Virus record (IMG/VR): IMGVR_UViG_3300021961_008712
Coordinates: 32,001-96,000 of that record
DNA length: 64,000 bases
Reading direction: 5' to 3' (one strand)
DNA from: a virus
Shown: one piece after another, positions 10,541 to 20,453 of the stretch
Layout of the letters: the number at the start of each line of letters is the position of its first letter
Numbering within the stretch: the stretch's first letter is position 1
Made by a program: the position numbers and the translations under genes
Notes under the pieces: generated by a model
Told to the model about the DNA's origin: nothing
Databases searched by the model: none
The model's input: the letters and a program-made list of their open reading frames with translations, nothing else

Positions 10541-11881
10541 ATGGCAACATGGAAAAAAGTCATCGTCTCGGGAAGTGGTGTTTCCCAACTGTCAAATGAT
10601 GCAAATTATTTGACCACGACTGGAGACGGTTCAGGTTTAACAAACCTTACATTCAGCAATATTAGTAACGCTACAGAAAGCGTAGAAGATATTGTTGGCA
10701 GTCTTATCGTTGGTGGGAACAATATTACTGCAACTTATGATGATGATAACGGGACACTTACAATCGATGCAGATTTATCAGGTGACATTACTAGCATTGT
10801 TGCTGGAAACGGTTTAACTACTCCTGATGGTTCAACTGGAGATGTAACTATCAACGTAGTTGGTGGAGACGGTATCACAGTAAATGCTGATGAAGTAGAA
10901 GTAACTGTAGACGGTTCTACTATCGAATTATCGGCTACTGACGGAACTGGTGCAGTACGAGTTAAAGATGGCGGTATTAGTACTGCTAAATTAGCTGCTG
11001 ACGCAGTAAATGGAGACAAAATTGCTGACGATGCAGTAGATAGCGAGCACATCGCAGACGGTGCAATCGATACAGCTCACTTAGGTGATTTACAAGTAAC
11101 AACAGCTAAAATTGCTGACGATGCAGTAACTGGTGACAAATTAAATAACACTGGAGTAACTGCTAACACTTACGGTAGTACTACTGCAATACCTGTAATC
11201 ACAGTTGACGCACAAGGTCGTTTAACTGCTGCTAGTACAGCTGTAATCGCTACTTCATTTAGTGTAGCTGCTGATGCAGGAACTACTGATACAGTTGCTG
11301 GTGGTGAGACATTAACTTTCGAAGGAGGTTTAGGTGTTACTACAACAGTATCAAATAACAATATTAAAATTGACATCGCCGGCGGAATCGTTTCTGGTTC
11401 TAGCTTCTCTTCTCCTTCTCAAGGTACAGTAAGAGCTACAGTCAACGGCGTACAAACTGATGTTGATTTAGGATTACAGTCTGTTGATTCGCCAAGCTTT
11501 GCAGGTCTTACCGTTAGTGGTGATGCTGTAATTACTGGAGACTTAACAGTACAGGGTACAATGACTACCCTTTCTACTACTAACACTGCAATCAAAGATA
11601 AATTCATCTTATTGAACTCAGGTTCAGCTAACCCAGATGAAGGTGGTCTTGTAATTGATAACGGTAGTGGAACAGGTCCTGCATTCATCTATGATGCTGG
11701 AGATGCTCGTTGGGGAGTTAACATGTCAGTTGATTCTACTTCTGGTACTGCTAACTCTGAAGCATATGCTGCTTTAGTAGTAGATCAGGATAACGTTGCA
11801 CACGATGTAACAGATACAAATTACCATAAAAGAGGTAATATTAAGATTGATTCAAGTGATGACATTTTCATCTACGTCTAA
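10541..11881 (+). CDS. Tail/collar fibre protein
   Basis: KIADDAV repeats, YGSTTAIPVITVDAQGRLT, GDLTVQGT...DKFI.LNSG. N-terminus is MATWKKVIVSGS. Confidence 0.75.
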   Translation: MATWKKVIVSGSGVSQLSNDANYLTTTGDGSGLTNLTFSNISNATESVEDIVGSLIVGGNNITATYDDDNGTLTIDADLSGDITSIVAGNGLTTPDGSTGDVTINVVGGDGITVNADEVEVTVDGSTIELSATDGTGAVRVKDGGISTAKLAADAVNGDKIADDAVDSEHIADGAIDTAHLGDLQVTTAKIADDAVTGDKLNNTGVTANTYGSTTAIPVITVDAQGRLTAASTAVIATSFSVAADAGTTDTVAGGETLTFEGGLGVTTTVSNNNIKIDIAGGIVSGSSFSSPSQGTVRATVNGVQTDVDLGLQSVDSPSFAGLTVSGDAVITGDLTVQGTMTTLSTTNTAIKDKFILLNSGSANPDEGGLVIDNGSGTGPAFIYDAGDARWGVNMSVDSTSGTANSEAYAALVVDQDNVAHDVTDTNYHKRGNIKIDSSDDIFIYV

Positions 11882-11899
11882 ATTACTATAGGAAGAACA

Positions 11900-11932
11900 G
11901 GGGAGGGTTCACCTCCTCCCCCGCTTTTCTTT
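11900..11932 (+). terminator. Probable terminator hairpin
   Basis: GGGGAGG-GTTCA-CCTCC with a C run, followed by T-rich sequence. Confidence 0.55.
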
Positions 11933-11975
11933 AAAGTAACCTAAAACAATATTTTAATATACAAATTAGTACTCA

Positions 11976-13175
11976 ATGGCAACTTGGAAAAAGATAATAG
12001 TTAGTGGTTCGGTAGCAGAATTAAACACACTAACAGTAACAAACAACGTAATTGCAACTGGATTTAGTGGAGATGGTAGTAACATTACAGGTGTAGTTCA
12101 TAACTCGGGAGAAATCGCTTCTGATATCTCCGGCTCATTTACCGCACTTTCAGCCTCTATCGCAACTCGTTTTGACGGGCTAACTTCTGACTACACCGAA
12201 TTAACTAATATCCCAAGTGGAATTGTTTCATCATCTGCACAGATTGATGAATTATTTAACATTGATGGAGTACATTCTGGGTCTGCTCAAGTCGTAGCCA
12301 GCTTAGTAGGAGAAGACATAGTTGCCAATTCGTTCTCTGGCGACGGTTCAAATTTAACCAATCTCACAGTAGACCAAGCAACCACAGTAGCCTCTGCTTT
12401 TACGAATCAAACCTCAGTAGCACTTACTCACGGTTTTGATAGTAAAAATATAACAGTACAGGTATACAATTCTAATGACGAATTAATCTTACCTGCTACC
12501 GTAACATTAACAAGTAATAACGTTGCTACAGTCACCTTTGATAATTCTACATCAGGTAGAATTGTTGTAATGAAAGGTGGACATATCGTTTCTGGTTCAG
12601 TAAACCGCCTAAATGGTGAAGAAGGTTCTTACTACCTAGACTACGATAACTTTACAAACATACCTTCAGGTATTGTTTCTTCATCAGCTCAAATTGACGC
12701 TTTATTTAACATTGACGGACTACTATCTGGTTCTACAGAGGGTGATGCTCAAGGTCAAATTAAATTTAACGGTCAAAACGTTGATGTCAACGGAATGGGT
12801 ACTAACGACTCTCCGACGTTTACTAACTTAGTATTAACTGGAGATTTAACAGTACAAGGAACTACTACATCTATTGAAACTGCAAACCTTCTAGTAGAGG
12901 ATAAATTTATCTTATTAAACTCTGGTTCAGCTAATCCTGACGTAGGAGGTATTATTATAGATGAAGGATCAGGAAATGGTCACGCATTAATATTCAATGC
13001 TAGTTCTGCAAGATTTGGATTTAATGAAGCTCTTGCTCATGATGCAACAACTGCTACACCGAGTGCTTTCGCTGCTGCTGTAGTTGATATCGATGCAGGA
13101 CATTCAGACATCTCTGAATATCAAAAAAATGGAAATATTAAAGTAGATAGTGGGACAATATACATTTACTCTTAA
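11976..13175 (+). CDS. Fibre protein, paralogue of 10541
   Basis: Starts MATWKKIIVSGS. Shares the C-terminal GDLTVQGT..DKFILLNSGSANPD.GG...GNIK.D...IY block. Confidence 0.75.
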   Translation: MATWKKIIVSGSVAELNTLTVTNNVIATGFSGDGSNITGVVHNSGEIASDISGSFTALSASIATRFDGLTSDYTELTNIPSGIVSSSAQIDELFNIDGVHSGSAQVVASLVGEDIVANSFSGDGSNLTNLTVDQATTVASAFTNQTSVALTHGFDSKNITVQVYNSNDELILPATVTLTSNNVATVTFDNSTSGRIVVMKGGHIVSGSVNRLNGEEGSYYLDYDNFTNIPSGIVSSSAQIDALFNIDGLLSGSTEGDAQGQIKFNGQNVDVNGMGTNDSPTFTNLVLTGDLTVQGTTTSIETANLLVEDKFILLNSGSANPDVGGIIIDEGSGNGHALIFNASSARFGFNEALAHDATTATPSAFAAAVVDIDAGHSDISEYQKNGNIKVDSGTIYIYS

Positions 13176-13191
13176 GAAGTTTTTAAAAAAA

Positions 13192-13404
13192 ATGGGTTTA
13201 AATATCAATAAGTTATTAACAGGTAAAGAAGCAGAAGATAAATTACAGAATGACGCACTCCGTCAATCTGCTAATCAAGGATTGACCGAAAGGGAAATAC
13301 AATTCATTCTAGCTAAACTTAGAGAAGCCAATTACAAAGGCGCTGAGTTTGAAACATTCTATGTAATCTTTACGAAACTTTCTAACTTACTTCCTGCAAA
13401 ATAG
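13192..13404 (+). CDS. Small hypothetical protein, possible fibre chaperone
   Basis: ATG 13192 follows an A run. Helical, 70 aa, located among fibre genes. Confidence 0.6.
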   Translation: MGLNINKLLTGKEAEDKLQNDALRQSANQGLTEREIQFILAKLREANYKGAEFETFYVIFTKLSNLLPAK

Positions 13405-13437
13405 TAGGAGGTAATAGTTATTTTTGCTATATTTATA
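13405..13437 (+). promoter_or_regulatory. Overlapping sigma70-like (TAGGAG-N17-TATATT) and TATTTATA promoter motifs
   Basis: Both motif classes are visible. TATTTATA is at 13430-13437. Confidence 0.55.
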
Positions 13438-13444
13438 TAAAAGC

Positions 13445-13494
13445 TATTATCGGCCCGAAAGGGAAGTGGGCTCACTGAGTAACCAACCGTAATA
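13445..13494 (+). ncRNA. Candidate cis-regulatory structured RNA (three-way junction with GAAA tetraloop)
   Basis: GC-rich island in an AT-rich leader. TATTA.CGG pairs with CCGTAATA and encloses CCC-GAAA-GGG and GG-GCTC-ACT-GAGT-AA-CC. Confidence 0.55.
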
Positions 13495-13504
13495 TAAGTT
13501 AAAA

Positions 13505-14065
13505 ATGCCGAATTGGAAAAAACTGATAGTTAGCGGATCAGACGCTAGCTTGAACAATCTTATCGTTAATAATACTGTAACCGCCACAGCGTTTTCTGGC
13601 GACGGTTCAGGATTAACTAATATTACCTCTGAAGTAACAGAAGTAGCAACTATTGCCGATACTTTTACTTCCGTAACAACCAAAACGGTAACACATAACT
13701 TTGGTACGAAAAACGTAATAGCTACAGTCTATAACGACAACGATCAATTAATTATCCCCTCTTCTATAACGACTTCTGACACTAACAATGTCATTATAAC
13801 CTTTGATTCATCAACCTCTGGTAGAGTTGTTGTTGCTAAGGGAGGACACCTTGTATCAGGTTCAGTACAATTATACAAAGAAGCAGTTTCAGGCGATGTC
13901 TCATACACTATTAACCATAATCTAAACGAAGATTTCCCTATAGTACAAGTATACGACACAGATAAAAATCAAGTCATTCCATCCGCAATCACAAGTTCAA
14001 ACGCAGATAATGTAATTATTTCGTTTGATACGTCATTTAATGGAACGGTAGTTGTAAAAAAGTGA
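13505..14065 (+). CDS. Small virion structural protein with two HN(F/L)-VYD beta domains
   Basis: Starts MPNWKKLIVSGS. Tandem THNFG..V.VYN and NHNLN..VQVYD repeats. Confidence 0.7.
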   Translation: MPNWKKLIVSGSDASLNNLIVNNTVTATAFSGDGSGLTNITSEVTEVATIADTFTSVTTKTVTHNFGTKNVIATVYNDNDQLIIPSSITTSDTNNVIITFDSSTSGRVVVAKGGHLVSGSVQLYKEAVSGDVSYTINHNLNEDFPIVQVYDTDKNQVIPSAITSSNADNVIISFDTSFNGTVVVKK

Positions 14066-14104
14066 TATTTATTTTAGAAGAAACATAACAAAAAAATTTA
14101 AAAA

Positions 14105-16891
14105 ATGAGAATTGATAGCCCAATAATGACCAACGCCGTTGCCACCGGCTCATTTAAAGGATCTTTTAGCGGATCATTTGAAGGAGATATTCAAGCCGAT
14201 TCGGTAGCATATGCAAACGTAACAGGTAAACCAACCTTAGTATCTGGTTCAAGTCAAATTGTATTTACTGAGATTGCCCCTAACGGAATTATTTCCGGTT
14301 CAGCATCTGATGCTAGAACTCAACTAGGTGTTGCAATTGGAACAGATGTACAGGCTTACCACCAAAACCTTAACGATATTTCAGGACTAAATGTTTCTGA
14401 TAGTAATTTTATTGTAGGTAATGGATCTGCTTTTGTAGCTGAATCTGGAGCAACTGCAAGAGCGTCATTAGGTTTAGGAGACTTTGCAACTATCAGCTCA
14501 TTAGCATATGCTGATCTAACTAGCATTCCTAGCGGAATCGTTTCTTCTTCCGCTCAAATAGACGAATTATTTAATGTAGATGGATTAATCTCAGGTTCAT
14601 CTCTATCTTCTGCGGCACAAGGTGAAGTAACTCTTACAACAAACGGAGTTGCTGCAACAGCTACAGATTTAGGTCTTCAAACTTCTGACTCTCCTACCTT
14701 CGCTGGTTTAACAGTTAATGGCGCTATCACAGTAACTGGAAACGTAGACGGCAGAGATGTAGCAGCAGATGGTACTAAATTAGATGGTATTGAAGCAAAT
14801 GCTGATGTAACCGATTCTACCAATGTACAAGCAGCTGGCGCGTTAATGGATTCAGAAGTAACTAATCTAGCTCAAGTTAAAGCATTCAACTCAGCTGATT
14901 ACGCAACCGCAGCTCAAGGTACTACAGCAGATGCAGCACTTCCTAAAGCAGGAGGTACGATGACAGGTAACATTACCTTCTCTGGTGCACAGACAGTAGA
15001 TGGTAGAGATTTATCAGCAGACGGTACAAAGTTAGACGGAATTGAAGCAGGTGCAGATGTAACAGATAATGCAAATGTAACTGCTGCAGGTGCATTAATG
15101 GATTCTGAATTAACTTCTTTATCTGGAGTTAAAACACTTACAGTTCCAGACAACACTACAATCTCTACCTTCGGTAAGAGTTTAGTAGACGATGCCGATG
15201 CAGGTGCTGCTAGAACAACTCTAGGAGTAGATGCAGCAGGAACTGATAACTCAACTGATGTTACTTTAGCTGGTACAAGAGACTATATAACAATAGCAGG
15301 TCAAGTTATCACTAGAAATGTAATTGATATTTCTGACGATACTAACCTTGCAGTTTCAGATACAACTGGACAAACAGGTATTAACTTAACATTATCAGGA
15401 GATACTATCTCAGGTGTAGTAAGCGGTTTAACGACTACATCTAACGTAACATTTGGAAGTTTAACTCTTTCCGGTGACTTAACAGTTAACGGTGATACAG
15501 TATCGTTAAATGCTACTAACCTAAGAGTTGAAGATAAATTAATCTCTTTAAATAGAGGTGGATCAACTGCCGCTTCTTCTGATGGTGGTGGATTTTTCTT
15601 GAGTGGATCTAATCAATCATTCACTTGGGATAATGGAAATACAAGATGGGCGTTATCTAATTCTTTATACGTACCTGGTAGTATTACTGTTACAGGAACA
15701 GTAGACGGCAGAGATGTAGCAGCAGATGGGACTAAATTAGACGGTATCGAAGCAGGTGCAACTGGTGATCAGACAGCAGCTGAAATTAGAACTTTAGTTG
15801 AATCAGCTACTGATTCTAATGTATTTACAGATGCTGACCATTCTAAACTTGACGGTATTGCAGCAAGTGCTAACAACTACACTCACCCATCGTATACTGC
15901 AAGAAGTGTTGACACTACAGGTGCTGAAGTATTAGATACATTTACCTCGGACACTAGCGGTCACGTTACTGCTATTACCAAGCGTACAATGACATTAGCA
16001 GACCTTGGATACTCAGGAGCTACGAACGCAGATAACTACTCATCTTGGACTATTAGAGACGGAGATACTACTACCTATACTATTACATCAGGAGACACAT
16101 TACAAATTGCTGCCGGTACAGGTATTACCTCTAACTTTACAGCAGATGATGTACTTACTATTACTAACACTGCCCCTGATCAAACAGTATCGTTAACAGC
16201 AGGATCTAACGTAACTATTACTGGTACTTATCCTAACTTTACAATCGCATCAACTGATACTAATACAGTTTATACTCACCCATCGTATACTGCAAGAAGT
16301 ATTGACACTGCAGGAGCTGAAGTATTAGATGTATTTACATCAGATACTAGCGGACACGTTACAAGCGTCACTAAACGTACAATGACATTAGCAGACCTTG
16401 GATACTCAGGAGCTACTAATGCGAACTATATTACAAATAACAACCAGTTAACTAACGGTGCTGGTTATACCACATATTCTGCTAACCAGACTCTAGACAA
16501 TACATCAAACGTTCACTTTGAAGGTTTAATGGTGGGTCAAACAACAGGAGCAACTGCTAACACTATTCGATGTGTTGGAGATATCGTAGCATACTATTCT
16601 TCTGATGCACAATTTAAAGACAATGTAACTCAATTAGAAGGAGCTCTTGATAAGGTTAAGCAAATTAGAGGTGTAAGCTTCGATTGGAATGATAAGCAAG
16701 ATGTATACGAAGGACATGATATCGGAGTTATCGCCCAAGAAGTAGAAGCAGTATACCCAGAATTAGTACATTACAGAGAGCATAATGACTCTAAAGCAGT
16801 AGATTACGTTAAACTAACTGCTGTATTAATCGAAGCTGTAAAAGAATTATCGGCTAAGGTTGATGCTTTAGAGAGCAAATGCAACTGTTAA
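14105..16891 (+). CDS. Tail fibre with C-terminal intramolecular chaperone (peptidase S74-like)
   Basis: DGTKLDGIEAGA repeats and YTHP repeats. C-terminal SSDAQFKDNV...GVIAQEVEAVYPELV...VDYVKLTAVLIEAVKEL coiled coil. Confidence 0.9.
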   Translation: MRIDSPIMTNAVATGSFKGSFSGSFEGDIQADSVAYANVTGKPTLVSGSSQIVFTEIAPNGIISGSASDARTQLGVAIGTDVQAYHQNLNDISGLNVSDSNFIVGNGSAFVAESGATARASLGLGDFATISSLAYADLTSIPSGIVSSSAQIDELFNVDGLISGSSLSSAAQGEVTLTTNGVAATATDLGLQTSDSPTFAGLTVNGAITVTGNVDGRDVAADGTKLDGIEANADVTDSTNVQAAGALMDSEVTNLAQVKAFNSADYATAAQGTTADAALPKAGGTMTGNITFSGAQTVDGRDLSADGTKLDGIEAGADVTDNANVTAAGALMDSELTSLSGVKTLTVPDNTTISTFGKSLVDDADAGAARTTLGVDAAGTDNSTDVTLAGTRDYITIAGQVITRNVIDISDDTNLAVSDTTGQTGINLTLSGDTISGVVSGLTTTSNVTFGSLTLSGDLTVNGDTVSLNATNLRVEDKLISLNRGGSTAASSDGGGFFLSGSNQSFTWDNGNTRWALSNSLYVPGSITVTGTVDGRDVAADGTKLDGIEAGATGDQTAAEIRTLVESATDSNVFTDADHSKLDGIAASANNYTHPSYTARSVDTTGAEVLDTFTSDTSGHVTAITKRTMTLADLGYSGATNADNYSSWTIRDGDTTTYTITSGDTLQIAAGTGITSNFTADDVLTITNTAPDQTVSLTAGSNVTITGTYPNFTIASTDTNTVYTHPSYTARSIDTAGAEVLDVFTSDTSGHVTSVTKRTMTLADLGYSGATNANYITNNNQLTNGAGYTTYSANQTLDNTSNVHFEGLMVGQTTGATANTIRCVGDIVAYYSSDAQFKDNVTQLEGALDKVKQIRGVSFDWNDKQDVYEGHDIGVIAQEVEAVYPELVHYREHNDSKAVDYVKLTAVLIEAVKELSAKVDALESKCNC
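15881..16416 (+). repeat. 143-bp intragenic direct repeat (15881-16023 and 16274-16416)
   Basis: Both copies start ACTCACCCATCGTATACTGCAAGAAGT and end GACCTTGGATACTCAGGAGCTAC. About 17 mismatches by manual alignment. Confidence 0.9.
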
Positions 16892-16905
16892 AATAAAATA
16901 AAATA

Positions 16906-17454
16906 ATGGGTTTTAAATTAAACGTAGATTTAGAAACAAGTTCTGGACCAACACAAGAAGCGTATATTAGAATTGATAATTACCGCTTCAATAAAGTGAC
17001 AAGTGAGATTGTCTTAACTACTACATCGTGGTTAGATATAGATAAGGCTCATAACTTTAACAGGCAGTATTTAGAAGAGCCGTTAAAGAACGCTGTTGGT
17101 CTAATAGGTGCAGAAGTGTTGTACTATCCTGATGCGGAAAGCGAAGGAGAGGAAATAACAATTCCAAATGTTTTTAAAGCAAACGTTGTAGTAGAACAAG
17201 AAGTAGAGTTTAATACTTACAAAGAGGTAGAAAAACTAGTTCAAGTTCCATATGTTAGTTTCGACTTCAATGGAGACGAGATTACAAAGTATAAAGATGA
17301 GATAGTAGTAGAAAAAGAAATCGCATCTAGTTATAAAGAAGTAAGGAAGGTTATTGATCCAAGCGTTATTAGTAATTTGTATGAATATTCATACGGTGTT
17401 GTAAAACAGAATTTAAAAAAACTGTTTCCAGAAGAAACAATAGAAAAAATTTAA
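16906..17454 (+). CDS. Hypothetical acidic protein, possible fibre assembly factor
   Basis: 182-aa ORF directly after the S74 fibre. Confidence 0.6.
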   Translation: MGFKLNVDLETSSGPTQEAYIRIDNYRFNKVTSEIVLTTTSWLDIDKAHNFNRQYLEEPLKNAVGLIGAEVLYYPDAESEGEEITIPNVFKANVVVEQEVEFNTYKEVEKLVQVPYVSFDFNGDEITKYKDEIVVEKEIASSYKEVRKVIDPSVISNLYEYSYGVVKQNLKKLFPEETIEKI

Positions 17455-17457
17455 AAC

Positions 17458-17940
17458 ATGGCAGTAGCAGCATACTCAACAACTAATATAAGCTGGAGCT
17501 CATTTGATACTTGGTCTACCCAGTACGCTAGTGATAGCAATATCTCATTAGCTACAGTAATGTCAAACCTACAACCTGCAGATTCAGCACCTTACGCAGC
17601 ATCGGAATTACGTTCTAATGCATTTCTTTACGGAACTGTTATTGCAGGAACCGGAGGTACAGTCGCTGTTACTTCAGGATATACAGAAGCTGCTACGTCT
17701 TCTTTTACTCTTAAAAACGTTAACTTTGCTTCAGTTGCATCTGTAACAATTACAGCAACCGCATCATATCCTTATACTTTTCATTCCTTTAGAACTGCTG
17801 CATCTGGCGGTGGTACAGAATTAAGTACTACAGGACAAGGAACTACATCAGGAACTATTACATTAACATCCGGCACTCATACAGGTGTTGGTACATTCTA
17901 CGCTTACTTTACTACAACTCACGTCGACCCAGCTAGTTAA
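17458..17940 (+). CDS. Small Ser/Thr-rich structural protein (fibre tip or adhesin-like)
   Basis: Beta-rich S/T/G/A composition. SNISL...P.AASELR motif typical of proteins following S74 fibres. Confidence 0.55.
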   Translation: MAVAAYSTTNISWSSFDTWSTQYASDSNISLATVMSNLQPADSAPYAASELRSNAFLYGTVIAGTGGTVAVTSGYTEAATSSFTLKNVNFASVASVTITATASYPYTFHSFRTAASGGGTELSTTGQGTTSGTITLTSGTHTGVGTFYAYFTTTHVDPAS

Positions 17941-17959
17941 TAACTAAAAGAAAACGGTT

Positions 17960-18817
17960 TTGAAAGTAATATGGGTTTATGAGAATATTAAGAGAGAACT
18001 ATCTGCATTCAGTAAGTTCAATATCTTAGTTATGCTTGCATCTGCAAGCTTATGGAAAAAGAACCATCCCGAAGACCGTACTGTTCTCTACTGTGATCCC
18101 TTCACATATGACTTCTATAAATCTATAGGAGTTCTTTCTATATATGATGAAGTAGAAATATTAGCTTTTGATAATCAGATTGATAAAAAAACTTTTTGGG
18201 CTAGTTCTAAGCTAGAAGTACTATCAAGACAGACTGAACCCATTATTATAATGGATGGAGATACTTTAGTTTTCAAAAGAGTAAAAGAGTTAATAAACCC
18301 TAATGAGGTGATGGTAAGTAATTTTGAAATAGGAAGAGGCTACTATCCTACTTCAATAGATCCATATATAAGAAAATTATCTTACAGACCAAGATGGAAA
18401 ACTGATTCGGTTAATGTATCATTTCTTCACCTACCAGACCCGGAGTTCACTCAGTATTATGCCAAACTCAGCCTACAGTTAATGGATGAGTTTACAAAAA
18501 TGGAAGCTCCAAATTCCAAATATTTAATTTTTGCAGAACAACTGCTACTTAAACATTTATTAGATAAGCATGATATACCTCATCGAGGTATGTTATCTAC
18601 TGCTTGGGACTGCGATGCATGGGAATGGAGTAAAACAGAACTTAGCGGACTATGGACTATAAAAGATTCTTGGAAGTACTATAACCACTACGGTCCTTTA
18701 AAGCAATGGTACAAAGCAGATGACCCTGGATTTCCTTACAAAAAAGAGATAGATATGTTGCTTAATTGCATTAATTTTCATAAATTAATAGACTTAAGTA
18801 TGATAGAGAAACCATGA
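17960..18817 (+). CDS. Putative nucleotide-sugar transferase (GT-A-like, DxD)
   Basis: FWASSKL...IIMDGDTL, N.SF and AEQ motifs. TTG start. Confidence 0.55.
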   Translation: MKVIWVYENIKRELSAFSKFNILVMLASASLWKKNHPEDRTVLYCDPFTYDFYKSIGVLSIYDEVEILAFDNQIDKKTFWASSKLEVLSRQTEPIIIMDGDTLVFKRVKELINPNEVMVSNFEIGRGYYPTSIDPYIRKLSYRPRWKTDSVNVSFLHLPDPEFTQYYAKLSLQLMDEFTKMEAPNSKYLIFAEQLLLKHLLDKHDIPHRGMLSTAWDCDAWEWSKTELSGLWTIKDSWKYYNHYGPLKQWYKADDPGFPYKKEIDMLLNCINFHKLIDLSMIEKP

Positions 18818-19608
18818 GCATAGTTGATAAGAATTTTGTTTACGATAAGATTACGAATAATCAAGTTTATAAAAAAGCACCAAGTGGTGAGATTATTATT
18901 GACTATGAAAGAGTTAAGTATGCATGGGCACATGGAGCAACACGTTACCACTTAGGAGATGGTCTATTAGTATACTCTATCATTCAATTTATGAGAGCAA
19001 AGAACTGTGTATGTTTAGGCTCTGGAGGAGGCTTTATTCCTCGTATTATGACACAGGCAAGACTAGATCTATATGATCAAGAAATATTTGAAGGTAATTC
19101 AGATTTTAATTGGGGAGATATCGGTGCAACTTTTATCGTAGATGCAGCAAACGGAGTAGGAGGAAACGTAGACTGGCTAGAAGAAGATTCATTTTTCAGA
19201 AACATATTTCATCCTAGAGTTATAAACGATACAACTGAAAATGCATTTTATAATTTTTTCGTAAAAGAGGATATTAAAATTGATTATCTTCATATTGACG
19301 CAGGACATTCGTTTGAGGATGTTAAAAGAGATTTTGAGCTATATAAAAACATATTATCTGATTACGGAGTAATATCAATACACGATACAGATAGGTCTTA
19401 TGAAAAATCCTATATAGTTTCTAAAGATATTAAAGATCAAAATCACCATGATGAATTTGCTTCTGGTCCTGCTGACTTAGTTGACTTACTTAAGAATGAT
19501 CCGAACTTTGAAGTTTTTAACTTTTTCAATAACGGAGCATTAAAAACTAAACCTTCTTCAACAGGATTCACACTAGTTAAGAAATCATTTCCTAACGTAT
19601 CGTTATAA
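18814..19608 (+). CDS. Class I SAM-dependent methyltransferase (Methyltransf_24-like)
   Basis: CLGSGGG and IDYLHIDAGHSFEDVKRDF...G.I.IHD. Confidence 0.8.
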   Translation: MSIVDKNFVYDKITNNQVYKKAPSGEIIIDYERVKYAWAHGATRYHLGDGLLVYSIIQFMRAKNCVCLGSGGGFIPRIMTQARLDLYDQEIFEGNSDFNWGDIGATFIVDAANGVGGNVDWLEEDSFFRNIFHPRVINDTTENAFYNFFVKEDIKIDYLHIDAGHSFEDVKRDFELYKNILSDYGVISIHDTDRSYEKSYIVSKDIKDQNHHDEFASGPADLVDLLKNDPNFEVFNFFNNGALKTKPSSTGFTLVKKSFPNVSL

Positions 19609-20453
19609 TGTTAAATTTAGTTACAGTAGTAGGGAAAAATACTCATATGCTACCGCATATGCTTAACCACTATAAAAATATAGTAGCACCTGAAAACATA
19701 CACGTAGCAGTATATAGACACTCAGACGATGACGGCATCCTAGAGGAAATAGAAGAACTAGGTATTATTCCATTTAGAGTTTATACACACGAAAAATACA
19801 ACTGGGAGAAAGTAACAGACATCTACAATGAAATCAAATCTACCAAGCCAAATGAATGGTGGATAGTATCTGATGATGATGAACTACAAGTATATCCTTA
19901 CGCAGTAGAAGACATAATAGAAGCATGTGAGAGAAACGGTTATGACTTTGTCACAGGTGGGTTCATAGATAGAATAGGTATAGATGGTACTTTTCCTTTT
20001 GTGGACAGAGACACAAATATACACAAAACTTTTCCTTTGGCTTCTTTCTTTAGATATCATATGTCTGGAGCATGTCCTAACAAATGTACCTTAATGAAAG
20101 GTTATCAAAAAGTAACACCAGGACAACACTATGCCCTATTCTCCGATGGTTCAAATAGCTGGGGTAAAAGCCATCCTAGAAGGATGCCGGTGGATGAAGT
20201 ATTTACCCAAGTTCATCATTTTAAATGGGATAAGAGCTGTGTAGATAGAATACAGGAGGTAGCAGAGATTAAAAAAGATTATGCATTTTCAAAAGAGTAT
20301 AACAAAATGTATAGAGCTATTGCTAGAAATGACTGGAAAATAGATATCAATAATTCTTTATACTTAGTTGCTGAACTGAAAGAAAGTTCGTATATTGAGT
20401 ATATGGACTATCCATACTGGGATGAGCTTAGAAATTTAATTATAACTATATGA
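19608..20453 (+). CDS. Glycosyltransferase family 2-like
   Basis: LPHMLNHY, WWIVSDDDEL, GQH and VHHFKW motifs. Confidence 0.7.
   Translation: MLNLVTVVGKNTHMLPHMLNHYKNIVAPENIHVAVYRHSDDDGILEEIEELGIIPFRVYTHEKYNWEKVTDIYNEIKSTKPNEWWIVSDDDELQVYPYAVEDIIEACERNGYDFVTGGFIDRIGIDGTFPFVDRDTNIHKTFPLASFFRYHMSGACPNKCTLMKGYQKVTPGQHYALFSDGSNSWGKSHPRRMPVDEVFTQVHHFKWDKSCVDRIQEVAEIKKDYAFSKEYNKMYRAIARNDWKIDINNSLYLVAELKESSYIEYMDYPYWDELRNLIITI

Noticed and set aside
13445-13494. Hammerhead ribozyme (CTGA and GAAA present)
   Set aside because: The core reads CTGAGTA rather than CUGANGA, and GAAA is a tetraloop closed by CCC/GGG, so the topology does not fit.
15881-16416. Repeat pair as a diversity-generating retroelement TR/VR
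   Set aside because: Mismatches are not adenine-specific (C/T and C/G changes occur), both copies are in-frame coding, and no reverse transcriptase is in the window.
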